A stretch of 26,787 bases of DNA from an uncultured bacterium (GCA_965662845.1 CBFIJD010000012.1:1-26787); one strand, 5' to 3'. Positions 1 to 8,536 are shown, numbered from the stretch's first letter. Made by a program: numbers and translations. Notes: a model not told the origin generated them from the letters alone.

Positions 1-43
1 CGCTTCAGGCGCCTACTGGTGCCGTTGCCCCGCCTTCCTGCTT

Positions 44-58
44 CCCCCCCCCCCCCCC
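44..58. repeat. Homopolymeric C15 tract (second C9 tract at 136-144)
   Basis: 15 consecutive C at 44-58 and 9 consecutive C at 136-144, in a non-coding region. Confidence 0.9.
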
Positions 59-61
59 GCA

Positions 62-336
62 AAATGTCAACTTTGCTCTGAAAAATTGAGTTAGCGCTCA
101 ACGTCCGCACCAAGCCTGTCAAGTTGTGGGAAAAACCCCCCCCCACTAAATTGTATCAAAAAGTAAAAAGGTACTCTGGGAAGAACCCAAGGGGGTGGTT
201 GCGGCAGCTCGTCCAAACGCTTTATCGGGATTTTTGGTTTTCCTTTTTCTTTCGCACATTGAAGTGCCGAAAATGCAGAAAATGAAAGCGAAGGCGCCAA
301 ATCGACAGCGTTTCTGCTCAGGAAATGTCAACTTTG
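62..336. repeat. Exact 14-bp direct repeat AAATGTCAACTTTG (62-75 and 323-336)
   Basis: Two identical copies read directly; a third partial copy TGTCAAGTTG at 117-126. Each contains TTGACA on the minus strand. Confidence 0.8.
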
Positions 337-504
337 GGCGTTTTGTGTGCGGTACGAGCACAAGGAGAATGTGCTGTGTGCTGACTTGCTGGCAAATTGG
401 CGCAGATGATCGCCACATGGTTTTGAGTTGCACCAAATCCCCCGCGTTTGCGCTGGTTTCATTTTCGTTTTGCTCACTGGCGAGCTTTTCGGCAGTCCGA
501 GCTT

Positions 505-523
505 TGTGGACATTTTGTCCACA
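505..523. promoter_or_regulatory. Perfect inverted repeat TGTGGACA-TTT-TGTCCACA; candidate operator or DnaA-box-like pair
   Basis: 8-bp arms with a 3-nt spacer, about 100 bp upstream of the HTH gene at 623. TTGTCCACA (515-523) is one mismatch from the DnaA box TTATCCACA. Confidence 0.45.
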
Positions 524-622
524 TTCCTCTGTGACTACTTCTCCCACCTTGTCCTCCCCTGAGCAAAACGCTACACACACGCAGCACCTCCCCCCTGATC
601 ACCTCCGCAACATGGAGTTTTT

Positions 623-883
623 ATGCAGACGAAGAAAACGACGTATTTGAGTCCCAAAGAATTAGCCTTCCAGCTCGATGTCAGTGAGCGCACCGCGTAT
701 CGGTTTTGTGAGAGTGGACTGGTTCCCGCATTCAAGGTCGGTTCGCGTTGGAGAATCCATGCGGACAAATTGCCGGAAATTTTTGATGAGCGAGCGCTTG
801 GATATGACACCGGTGAGGAGACCGAGAGCGATGCGAAAGTGAGAGCGCAGATTGTGCAGCGGATGCGGAAGGCAGGGTGGTGA
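623..883 (+). CDS. Excisionase/MerR-like helix-turn-helix DNA-binding protein (HTH_17 type)
   Basis: YLSPKELAFQLDVSERTAYRFCESGLVPAFKVGSRWRI matches the Xis-like pattern (L.v.e.A..L.vs..tvyr....G.lpa.kvG..wri). GGAG lies just upstream of the ATG. Confidence 0.85.
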   Translation: MQTKKTTYLSPKELAFQLDVSERTAYRFCESGLVPAFKVGSRWRIHADKLPEIFDERALGYDTGEETESDAKVRAQIVQRMRKAGW

Positions 884-968
884 ATTTTGGACGGATTTTC
901 ATACGCGATGTGCACGTATATGGATACGCGCACCCGCAAAGTGAGAGCTGGCGCGGCTCAGGCGTGAA

Positions 969-1742
969 TCACAATTTCTGTAGCAGCAACAAGGCTTGAG
1001 CGTGCAAGGCAGGGGTCGCCGCAGCGAGTACCGTCCCGTCCCAATGAGGGGTGATCGCCTGACCATCCCAGCCCGTGATGATGCCTCCCGATTCTTCAAT
1101 CAACACGATCAACGGCGCCACGTCGTAGAATTTCAGTGTTGCCTCGGCGACTAAGTCGAGCCAGCCAGCCGCTAAGGCGCCGTAGTTGAAGCAATCTCCG
1201 CCGAAGCGAGTCAGCTGAACCATCGAGGTCAATTGCTCAAACAAGGGCCGCTGCTGGGGTAAGAAGATTTCAGGAGACGTGCACCCCAACGAAGCTTCGG
1301 ACAGCTCTGTGACCCGAGACGCCTGACAAGTGCGGCCATTGTGGAACGCGCCCTCACCCCGACAAGACCACCAGCGTTCGTGGAGCATGGGCAGATCCAA
1401 AATCCCAAACTCTACGGCGTCACCTTGAGTCAACGCCAAGAGTGTCCCGAAGAGCGGGCTTCCCGAGAGAAAGCTGCGGGTTCCGTCAATGGGGTCAATG
1501 ACCCAGCGGGTCTCCGCGTCTGAATTTTCAGGGGCTTCTTCCTCGCCCACAATGCCGTGTTCGGGGAATGTTTCACGAATGCGCCGGCGGAGGAGCTGTT
1601 CGATTGCTAAATCGGCTTGAGTGACAGGAGATTGGTCGGACTTGGCGCGAACCGCCAAGGGGGCGCGAAAGTATTGGTAAGAGATCGGGCGAGCTTCGTC
1701 GAGCCAGTTGAAAGCTGCTTCAATCCAATCCAGGCGAGTCAT
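969..1742 (-). CDS. hisN: Inositol monophosphatase family protein, probably histidinol-phosphate phosphatase
   Basis: SPVTQAD, GIVGEE, WVIDPIDGTRSF, RFGGDCFNY and YDVAPL motifs; the GGDC.Y and G.PLFGTL segments are typical of the HisN subfamily. Confidence 0.8.
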   Translation of the reverse strand: MTRLDWIEAAFNWLDEARPISYQYFRAPLAVRAKSDQSPVTQADLAIEQLLRRRIRETFPEHGIVGEEEAPENSDAETRWVIDPIDGTRSFLSGSPLFGTLLALTQGDAVEFGILDLPMLHERWWSCRGEGAFHNGRTCQASRVTELSEASLGCTSPEIFLPQQRPLFEQLTSMVQLTRFGGDCFNYGALAAGWLDLVAEATLKFYDVAPLIVLIEESGGIITGWDGQAITPHWDGTVLAAATPALHAQALLLLQKL

Positions 1743-1863
1743 GAGCTTCTCGGAGATGAAGAACCATCTTCCATGATGGCGTGCAGCGGTTCAGGGTGGC
1801 GGACGCATGGCGCGCGCGTCGCCGGTAGTAGACACTATCGCCGCAAAAACTGCACCAGAGCGC

Positions 1864-2742
1864 TTAGCCAGCCCACTCGTCAAGCTGCGCGTGATCATTT
1901 TTCATTTGGAGGGTGATCATGATCGGGCGCGTCATGTCGCGATCAATGCCGAAGGAATCCATGAAGAGCTGGAGCATGTTGTCTTCGGCTTCTCCGACTT
2001 GGCCGCTGTAAGTGGCGAGGTCCATCAAGTTGATGAGGATGTGTGTCTTCTGACGCAGGCTCAGGCGTCCGGAGACCTCACGCAAAAACTGGGGGAGAGG
2101 GGTTCGCTGGCAGACGTCCGCAAGCTCGTCTAATGCCGCTTCATCATTGTGAATGCTGCGGAAGAAGAAGATCTCGCGGTCTTCAATGACTCCATCTGCC
2201 AAGATGAGGTACATCATTGACATCACCAGCACTTGGTAAGGCGTCATCTGCGCTGGAACGGCTGGGACGCTTCCAGGGGGGCCGGTGTCTTCGGGGGGGC
2301 GCAGCTCCGGTGGGTGCTGTTCTTGGTGCGATTGAAACTCTTGGTTCGCTTTGACCAAGTCGGCGATGAGATGAGCCAAGACCTGTTTGGCGCCGGTCTC
2401 GAGGTAATTGTGATGGTAAAAGGGGCTGCCGTTGAGCCACATCTCGCGGTAACCATCATAGTTGATCTCACGAATCTCGTCATACGTGAAGACCTCGCGC
2501 CTCCCAGACTGAGGCAGCAAATGGATGCGAGAGTTGGTGATGGTGAGACCATTCTTGCCGCTTCCGAACACCGTGTCGTCAATCAGCAACATGATCTCTT
2601 CGTCACGGTGCAGGCTCACATAGCTGTTGCAGGCGTTGCGGACACGTTTCTCTGGGATAGAAGGCGTGGAAAAAACTCGTTTGCCTTGAAGACGGGAGCT
2701 GTAGCGTTCGATGACTTTTCGGGCTTGATCAAATGGAATCAT
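1864..2742 (-). CDS. Two-domain protein: uncharacterised N-terminal domain, Pro-rich linker, C-terminal TerB-like domain
   Basis: C-terminal ILADGVIEDRE and DLATYSGQVGEAEDNML resemble the two TerB-like motifs. Start moved from 2931 to ATG 2742 (MIPFDQ) because the upstream extension crosses a terminator hairpin at 2870-2900. Confidence 0.65.
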   Translation of the reverse strand: MIPFDQARKVIERYSSRLQGKRVFSTPSIPEKRVRNACNSYVSLHRDEEIMLLIDDTVFGSGKNGLTITNSRIHLLPQSGRREVFTYDEIREINYDGYREMWLNGSPFYHHNYLETGAKQVLAHLIADLVKANQEFQSHQEQHPPELRPPEDTGPPGSVPAVPAQMTPYQVLVMSMMYLILADGVIEDREIFFFRSIHNDEAALDELADVCQRTPLPQFLREVSGRLSLRQKTHILINLMDLATYSGQVGEAEDNMLQLFMDSFGIDRDMTRPIMITLQMKNDHAQLDEWAG

Positions 2743-2869
2743 AAGCTGAGTGCGAGGGAGAAGCGGCCAACCATTTTGGAAAAAATGGGAGATTGCATCT
2801 TTCGACTGGAAACAAGTCAAGTTTTTTGATGGGCACGGTTTCTGCTGAAAAAGTCTTTGAAGAAACGCC

Positions 2870-2900
2870 AAAAAAAGGGGGCTTTTTTGTAAAGCCCCCT
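2870..2900 (-). terminator. Intrinsic terminator for the 2950-3546 gene
   Basis: Perfect 10-bp stem AGGGGGCTTT/AAAGCCCCCT (2876-2885/2891-2900), followed on the minus strand by a U-run (A run 2870-2876). Confidence 0.8.
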
Positions 2901-2949
2901 GAGGATGTTGATCAACACCAGTGGCCTGCATTCTCGCGGCGTTTCCCCC

Positions 2950-3546
2950 TCAGCGAAATTTCAACAGGCCGTTCAGGCCATTCCACCAAGTGGGGCTAGG
3001 AGACATATTCGGGCGCGGTTGATAGGGATTGTAGCGCACGGAGCGTACATCTTCGATGGTGTAGAACGCATCCGGGTCCACCTGCTCTAGTGCCGACAAC
3101 ATGCGGGGCAGGCGCCGTCGCTCTTCGGTCAGCAAGATGATCTCTACCGAGCGATCCGGCTCGCTCTCGCCTTCCAGCACCGTCAACTCATATCCCAGCG
3201 CGCGTAACCTCCGCGAGATAGACACTTCTTCTCGCTCCGAGACAACCCGCACCACGACCGTTCCCAAGCCGACTAACGACTCCAAGTGCATGCCCACCAC
3301 GTTCCCTGCCGCGAACCCCCCTGCAAAAGCCACGAGATAGTGCCATTGATCTAATTGGTTGAGCACTTGACCTGTCGCCCCAACCCACAGCAACACCTCA
3401 AAAAAACCTAACACCGCCGAGAGCAGATAATAGCCACGCACCACTGTGATGGTGCGGACAGTGCCGATGGAAACATCCAAGACGCGAGAAACAAAGATCG
3501 CGAGTGCCATCGCCCATGATGGGGCTTCCTGAACCAGTTCGACCAT
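2950..3546 (-). CDS. DUF2179/DUF5698 (UPF0316/YebE-like) membrane protein
   Basis: IFVSRVLDVSIGTVRTI, LGFFEVLLW and AFAGGFAAGNVVG transmembrane segments, then a cytoplasmic domain ending in DPDAFYTIEDVR. A G-rich SD lies upstream. Confidence 0.85.
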   Translation of the reverse strand: MVELVQEAPSWAMALAIFVSRVLDVSIGTVRTITVVRGYYLLSAVLGFFEVLLWVGATGQVLNQLDQWHYLVAFAGGFAAGNVVGMHLESLVGLGTVVVRVVSEREEVSISRRLRALGYELTVLEGESEPDRSVEIILLTEERRRLPRMLSALEQVDPDAFYTIEDVRSVRYNPYQPRPNMSPSPTWWNGLNGLLKFR

Positions 3547-3863
3547 ATCACCCCCCTAACGCTGAAGAGAGAAAGTGAGGGACGCCACAAAACAGCTGGT
3601 GACGGTGGGACGCAGCGCTGAAAACATGAGGGCTAGAGAACGCAAGGTGACTCCTGTTGGTTGCGAAGGTTGAAAAAGTGGGCTGGCAAGAAATACCTAG
3701 CGCACAACAAGTTCATAAATCGCAAAAGCAGAGCCACGATGTAAATGACTGATTTTACGTGCCTAAAATTGATTTTTTGGAGAATCGGAACTGCGATGTC
3801 TGGCTGAGGCGCCCGTGTGACATCAGAAGGCAGGAACGGAGATGTCTGAGCGGAAGGGGGATG

Positions 3864-5339
3864 TCACACTCCGCTGTCTTGGAGGGGGAAATCAGCGGAA
3901 AAAGGGAGCGAATTTTTTGAAATTTTGTAGGCGTCGCGTCGAATTTGATATTTGGCGAGCATGCGGTGGAGCTGACGCGGCGTAATTCCAGCACTTTCTG
4001 CCGAGCGTGCGATGTGACCACGGTGCTCCTCTAACAACCGGCTGAGGTATTCGCGCTCGAAGGCTTCAACCGCTTGTTCGCGCGCGAGCGCCAACTTCAG
4101 GGATGTGTCGACCGGAGTGCTCACGACGTCTTGGTCTAGATAGAGCAAATCTTCGGGCAGACTCTCTGGGCGCAGCAAGGTGTCGGTCTCCAGCACATAG
4201 GCGCGCTCCAACACGTTCTCTAGCTCACGAATGTTGCCGGGCCAGTCGTAGCGGCGGAAGATTTCGAGCACGTCTGGGTGCAGGCCTCGCAGCATTTTGG
4301 GGTGGTTTTGGTTGAAACGCTGCAACAAGGCTTCGCTTAGGAGGGGGACGTCTTCTTTGCGCTCTCGCAACGGAGGCACGGTGACAGAGAAGACATTGAG
4401 CCGATAGTAGAGGTCACTGCGGAATTGTCCGGTCTCACAGAGCGCCTTCAGGCTGAGATTAGAAGCGGCGACGACACGCACGTCGGCTTGAATATCAGAG
4501 AAACCTCCCACGCGCTGAAAGATCTTATCCTGCAGCACTTGCAGCAGTTTGATCTGCGCAGCCGAAGACATCGTCCCGATCTCGTCTAAGAAAATCGTCC
4601 CGCCTTGCGCGAGTTCGAACTTACCTAGCTTTCGCTGAATCGCGTGCGTGAAGGCGCCCTTTTCGTGTCCGAAGAGCTCGCTCTCTAGCAACGTGTCGGG
4701 GATCGCGCCACAGTGCACATGAATGAAGGTCTTGTCGGCCCGGGCGCTCTGCTTGTGAATCAAGCGCGCGAGGACGCCCTTGCCGGTTCCGGTCTCGCCT
4801 TGGATCAACACGTTCATCATCGTAGGGGCCACTTGTCGCACGCGCTGCAACACCTGCTTCATGCTGGGGCTTCGTGTGCGGATGCCGTAGGACTCGGGCT
4901 TCCAAGACTGCATGCGCAGCTCTTCTAGCTCGCCCGCCATCAGGGCTTGGCGTTGGATGCCCTCTAAGACGAGGTCGACTTCGCTTGGTTCGACCGGCAA
5001 CAACAAGTAGTCGTCTGCGCCTCCGCGTACGCTCAAGACGATGCGACGCATCTGAGGGTGCTCCCCCATCACAATGATGGAGGCGGAGGGAAACTCTTTC
5101 CAGAGCGCTTCCAAAGCCGGTTTGAAGTCTCGGCTGCGCTTTGGCGCTTCGGAGAAGGCTTCCAACAAGACGTTGATGTCGAGGAAGGTGTATTCGCAGC
5201 GGCGCTTGCGGAATATCTCCAGAAGATCGCTCCACGAGCTGACGCTGACGATGCGGTAGCGTCCTTCTAGGTGTTGCTGGAGCGCAAGGCGAGAGGGGAC
5301 GTGTGCGGTGGCGATCAGGGCGGTGGGTATACTGCTCAT
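3864..5339 (-). CDS. Sigma54-dependent enhancer-binding protein (NtrC/Fis family): atypical receiver, AAA+ and HTH
   Basis: Walker A GETGTGK, ESELFGHEKGAFTHA, Walker B FLDEIG, FRSDLYYRLNV, WPGNIRELEN and a C-terminal Fis-type HTH. Start taken at ATG 5339 (MSSIPT). Confidence 0.93.
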   Translation of the reverse strand: MSSIPTALIATAHVPSRLALQQHLEGRYRIVSVSSWSDLLEIFRKRRCEYTFLDINVLLEAFSEAPKRSRDFKPALEALWKEFPSASIIVMGEHPQMRRIVLSVRGGADDYLLLPVEPSEVDLVLEGIQRQALMAGELEELRMQSWKPESYGIRTRSPSMKQVLQRVRQVAPTMMNVLIQGETGTGKGVLARLIHKQSARADKTFIHVHCGAIPDTLLESELFGHEKGAFTHAIQRKLGKFELAQGGTIFLDEIGTMSSAAQIKLLQVLQDKIFQRVGGFSDIQADVRVVAASNLSLKALCETGQFRSDLYYRLNVFSVTVPPLRERKEDVPLLSEALLQRFNQNHPKMLRGLHPDVLEIFRRYDWPGNIRELENVLERAYVLETDTLLRPESLPEDLLYLDQDVVSTPVDTSLKLALAREQAVEAFEREYLSRLLEEHRGHIARSAESAGITPRQLHRMLAKYQIRRDAYKISKNSLPFSADFPLQDSGV

Positions 5340-5528
5340 GCAAAGAGATAGATAAGGTGCGGAAAGAAAACAAATTGCCACAAGCGCGTGGGCTTGTCGA
5401 GTGATCAGAATTTGTGCCGCCGCAGAGTCGTTGCGTTCTCCTCAGAGAAATGTCTGAATGAGAGGCGATTTGTCACGTTAGAGTCACAGCTCACCACAAT
5501 CTCATTTTTTTTTGTACAAGGAACCTCT

Positions 5529-6593
5529 ATGAACAATCTCAGCTACTCCCAACGCGTGGAGGGGATGTTGTGGGGCATGTTGGTCGCAGACGCGCTCGCG
5601 ATGCCTGTGCACTGGTACTATCACCCTGGTCGGATTGTGCAGGACTATGGGCAGATCACCGAAATGCAGGCGCCCAAAGCACAGCACCCTGACTCCATCA
5701 TGAGCCTCAGCAATACTGGTGGCCATGGCCGAGGCTCCCAAGAAGCGAGCGTTGTGGGAGATGTGATTTTGCGGGGAAAGAAGCAATTCTGGGGGCAACG
5801 CAACCTGCACTATCATCACGCGTTGCAACGAGGAGAGAACACGCTCAACTTGCAGTGTTTGCGGCTGCTGCTTCGGCATCTAACGCAACAGCAACGCTGG
5901 AACCCTGAGCGCTTTCTGCAGGACTACATCACCTTCATGACGACCGAAGGCTCTCACAATGACACCTACGCAGAGTCGTTCCACCGAGACTTTTTTGCCA
6001 ACTGGGCGCAAGGCAAGCCGCCGCTAGAGTGCGCGGGAAAAGAAGATCACAACACTGCTTCCATCGGAGGGCTTATTTTGCTGCCGGCGCTGCTGGCTTT
6101 TCGCCAAGGCGACCCAGATTCGGTGCTCGAGCTGCTGCGTCTCACGCATCAGTCTGCGACGTTAGAGACCTTCGCGGCGGTGATCGTGCGCTTGTTGCAC
6201 CAGCAATTGCAGGGAGAAGCGCCGCTGGAAGAGAGCGCCGCGCAAGCCTGTGACCTGCTCGGGCTGAAGTTAGAGCCTCTGCTAGAGAAAGTCGCAGCGC
6301 GCAAAATATCAGACTTTGACGTGATTGGGCGCAAGATCTCGCCAGCCTGCTACATCCAGCACTCAGTGCCAGCGCTGCTGTATTTGCTGCAGCGTTACCC
6401 CAGCGACGCAGAAACCGGACTGCAACAAAATGTGATGGTTGGCGGCGACAATTGCCACCGAGGCGCGGTCTTGGGGGCTTGCTATGGAGCTGCTTATGGG
6501 GTCGCGGGCCTCCCCCCGCGCTGGATCCAGCAGCTGCACCAAGAATCCGAAATCCGCCAAGAAATTCATGATTTTGTGCAGCTGCTTGGGTGA
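5529..6593 (+). CDS. ADP-ribosylglycohydrolase (DraG/ARH-fold) family protein
   Basis: GMLWGMLVADALAMPVHWYY at the N-terminus, LTH, and NVMVGGDNCHRGAVLGA at the C-terminus. AAGGA precedes ATG 5529. Confidence 0.85.
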   Translation: MNNLSYSQRVEGMLWGMLVADALAMPVHWYYHPGRIVQDYGQITEMQAPKAQHPDSIMSLSNTGGHGRGSQEASVVGDVILRGKKQFWGQRNLHYHHALQRGENTLNLQCLRLLLRHLTQQQRWNPERFLQDYITFMTTEGSHNDTYAESFHRDFFANWAQGKPPLECAGKEDHNTASIGGLILLPALLAFRQGDPDSVLELLRLTHQSATLETFAAVIVRLLHQQLQGEAPLEESAAQACDLLGLKLEPLLEKVAARKISDFDVIGRKISPACYIQHSVPALLYLLQRYPSDAETGLQQNVMVGGDNCHRGAVLGACYGAAYGVAGLPPRWIQQLHQESEIRQEIHDFVQLLG

Positions 6594-6701
6594 ATTCTCT
6601 GCCGGAGTCGCCATCCCTGCTGCCTCGGACCGAGTGGCGGCAACGATTTGTGTGCCAGCGTTGGCGCTGGTTTTTTCCTCACCTCTCCCACAGGAGCGAC
6701 C

Positions 6702-6902
6702 ATGCAGATCAAGACCATCCATCCCCGCACTTCAGAAGAAAACTTCTTAACGAAAGACGCGGCGCAATTTATTCGTGTGACGCTGGCGCAGGTGAAGGGG
6801 CGGGGGTCGTGTGATTGGTATTTTGACAACGAAGATCAGAGAGCCCGCATTTGGGATGAACTCCGACGAGCGGGCTTGATTGAAGGGGAGGAGCCGCGTT
6901 AG
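6702..6902 (+). CDS. Small hypothetical protein (66 aa)
   Basis: Strong SD CAGGAG (6691-6696) before ATG 6702. It fills the gap and its stop overlaps the stop of the convergent transporter gene. No recognisable motif. Confidence 0.6.
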   Translation: MQIKTIHPRTSEENFLTKDAAQFIRVTLAQVKGRGSCDWYFDNEDQRARIWDELRRAGLIEGEEPR

Positions 6903-8536
6903 CGCTCAGAGCGCAGCACGGGACGTAGCTCAAATTGAGCGATGCGCTTGGCGTGTCGAAAGACCTCCTGCATTTTGTCCATCACGTCCATCTCGATGCG
7001 ATAGGCCGGCAAGCCACCACTGCCAGGGGCTTGTAGACGTTCCACGCCATGGGCTTCGGCTTGTTCACGAAACTTGTGTAGTCGCTTCTTCATGCGCAAG
7101 ACTTGGCGAGCGGACTTGGGGTGCTCGTCATCCAACGCTTCGACCCCCCACTCTAGCGCCTGCGTGGTGAGGTGGTGCAGCTCTCGCAGCAGAGACTCTG
7201 TCTGAGGGCTGATCTCCACTTGCGCCTGAAACCGCTCTTCGCAAAGCATCGCGAGATTGGTCTCCATCACATCCCCCACCTGCTCTAGTTCACTCGCCAT
7301 TTGCAACAATCGAAACTGATCACGCCGCTGGTTTTCTGAGAGGGGGCGCTCTCCAACGGCGGTCAGATAGCGGACTAAATTGTCGTGCAAGCGATCAATC
7401 TCTTCATCGGCTTGTCGCAGCTTTTGCCAGGCGCCAGCCTCGTTGCTCAACAGGGTCTCTAAGCTGAGGCGATAGTGCTCCAGCACGGTTCTTCCCATGC
7501 GCTGAAGCTCCTTGCGTGAGGCTTCTAAGGCCAAGGTGGGAAAGGCCAACAAACGAGTTTGGAGCACTTCGCTTTTCGCGGTGTCTTCAGCGGCTTGCGG
7601 TGCAGGGAGTAACTTCTCAATCAGGCGCGCGAGCCACGGAATGAACGGCACGAAGAGCAGCGCCATTCCGAGGTTGAAAGCTGTGTGCACATTCGCGATC
7701 TGGCGTGCCAGAGAGACCGTGTCATGCGCCGCAGGAGCGAACGCATCGGCGATCAAGCTCACAAACGGCAGCAAGATCAAGGCGCCCGCGAGATTAAACG
7801 CAATATGCGCTGCGCCAACGCGCTTGGCCTCGGTGGTGCGTCCAAGGCTCGCAAGCAACGCCGTCGCACACGTCCCGACGTTCGCGCCTAAAATCAAGGC
7901 GATGCCTGCGGGAAAGGTAATGAGGTCTTGCGAAGCGAGCGCGATCACGACTCCCATCGTCGCTGAGCTGGACTGCACCATCGCCGTGAACACTGCGGCG
8001 ATCAGCAGCCCGAGCAGCGGATGTTCCATCTCCTGCATGAGCAAGATGAACGGTTCGTAAGTGCGCAACGGCTTCATCGACTCGCTCATGGTGGCCATTC
8101 CCAAAAACAGCAACCCAAGCCCAAGAATGACGCGCCCCCACTGCTTCGTCTTCGCTTCGGGCCGCACGAGCTGCAGCAAGACCCCTCCCGCGACCAAGAG
8201 CAGCGAATATTCGGTCAGCTTAAACGCCACCATCTGAGCGGTGATCGTGGTGCCAATGTTCGCCCCTAAGATGATGCCCAGCGACTGCGAGAAGGTCATC
8301 AGCCCGGCCGTGACAAAGCTGACCAACATGACGGTCGTAATGGAACTCGATTGAGTGACCGCCGTAAAGAGCGTCCCTGTCGCTAGGCCGCGCCAGCGAT
8401 TGCCTGTCAACTGTGCCAAAACCCGCTTCATGCGGTCGCCTGCCAGCTGGTGGAGCGCATCGCTCATCTTCTCCATTCCGTAAAGGAACAACGCCAGCCC
8501 TCCGAGCAGTCCCATCCCAATGTACATCCAGTCCAT
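6899..8536 (-). CDS. Na+/Pi cotransporter family protein (NptA/YjbB-like) with C-terminal PhoU-like domain
   Basis: LLGGLALFLYGM, two QSSS repeats (TAVTQSSS, TAMVQSSS), GANIGTT/GANVGT, and a helical C-terminus with ELEQVGD. Confidence 0.93.
   Translation of the reverse strand: MDWMYIGMGLLGGLALFLYGMEKMSDALHQLAGDRMKRVLAQLTGNRWRGLATGTLFTAVTQSSSITTVMLVSFVTAGLMTFSQSLGIILGANIGTTITAQMVAFKLTEYSLLLVAGGVLLQLVRPEAKTKQWGRVILGLGLLFLGMATMSESMKPLRTYEPFILLMQEMEHPLLGLLIAAVFTAMVQSSSATMGVVIALASQDLITFPAGIALILGANVGTCATALLASLGRTTEAKRVGAAHIAFNLAGALILLPFVSLIADAFAPAAHDTVSLARQIANVHTAFNLGMALLFVPFIPWLARLIEKLLPAPQAAEDTAKSEVLQTRLLAFPTLALEASRKELQRMGRTVLEHYRLSLETLLSNEAGAWQKLRQADEEIDRLHDNLVRYLTAVGERPLSENQRRDQFRLLQMASELEQVGDVMETNLAMLCEERFQAQVEISPQTESLLRELHHLTTQALEWGVEALDDEHPKSARQVLRMKKRLHKFREQAEAHGVERLQAPGSGGLPAYRIEMDVMDKMQEVFRHAKRIAQFELRPVLRSER

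Noticed and set aside
91..650. Several overlapping ORFs (69-151 aa) in the first 650 bp
   Set aside because: No recognisable motifs, non-ATG starts, low-complexity tracts and mutual overlap; treated as non-coding.
2743..2931. N-terminal extension of the 1864-2931 ORF
   Set aside because: It crosses a strong terminator hairpin and is compositionally unlike the rest of the gene.
5472..5487. GTCAC repeated at 11-bp spacing (Pho/OmpR-box-like) before the hydrolase gene
   Set aside because: Only two 5-mers; too little information to separate from chance.
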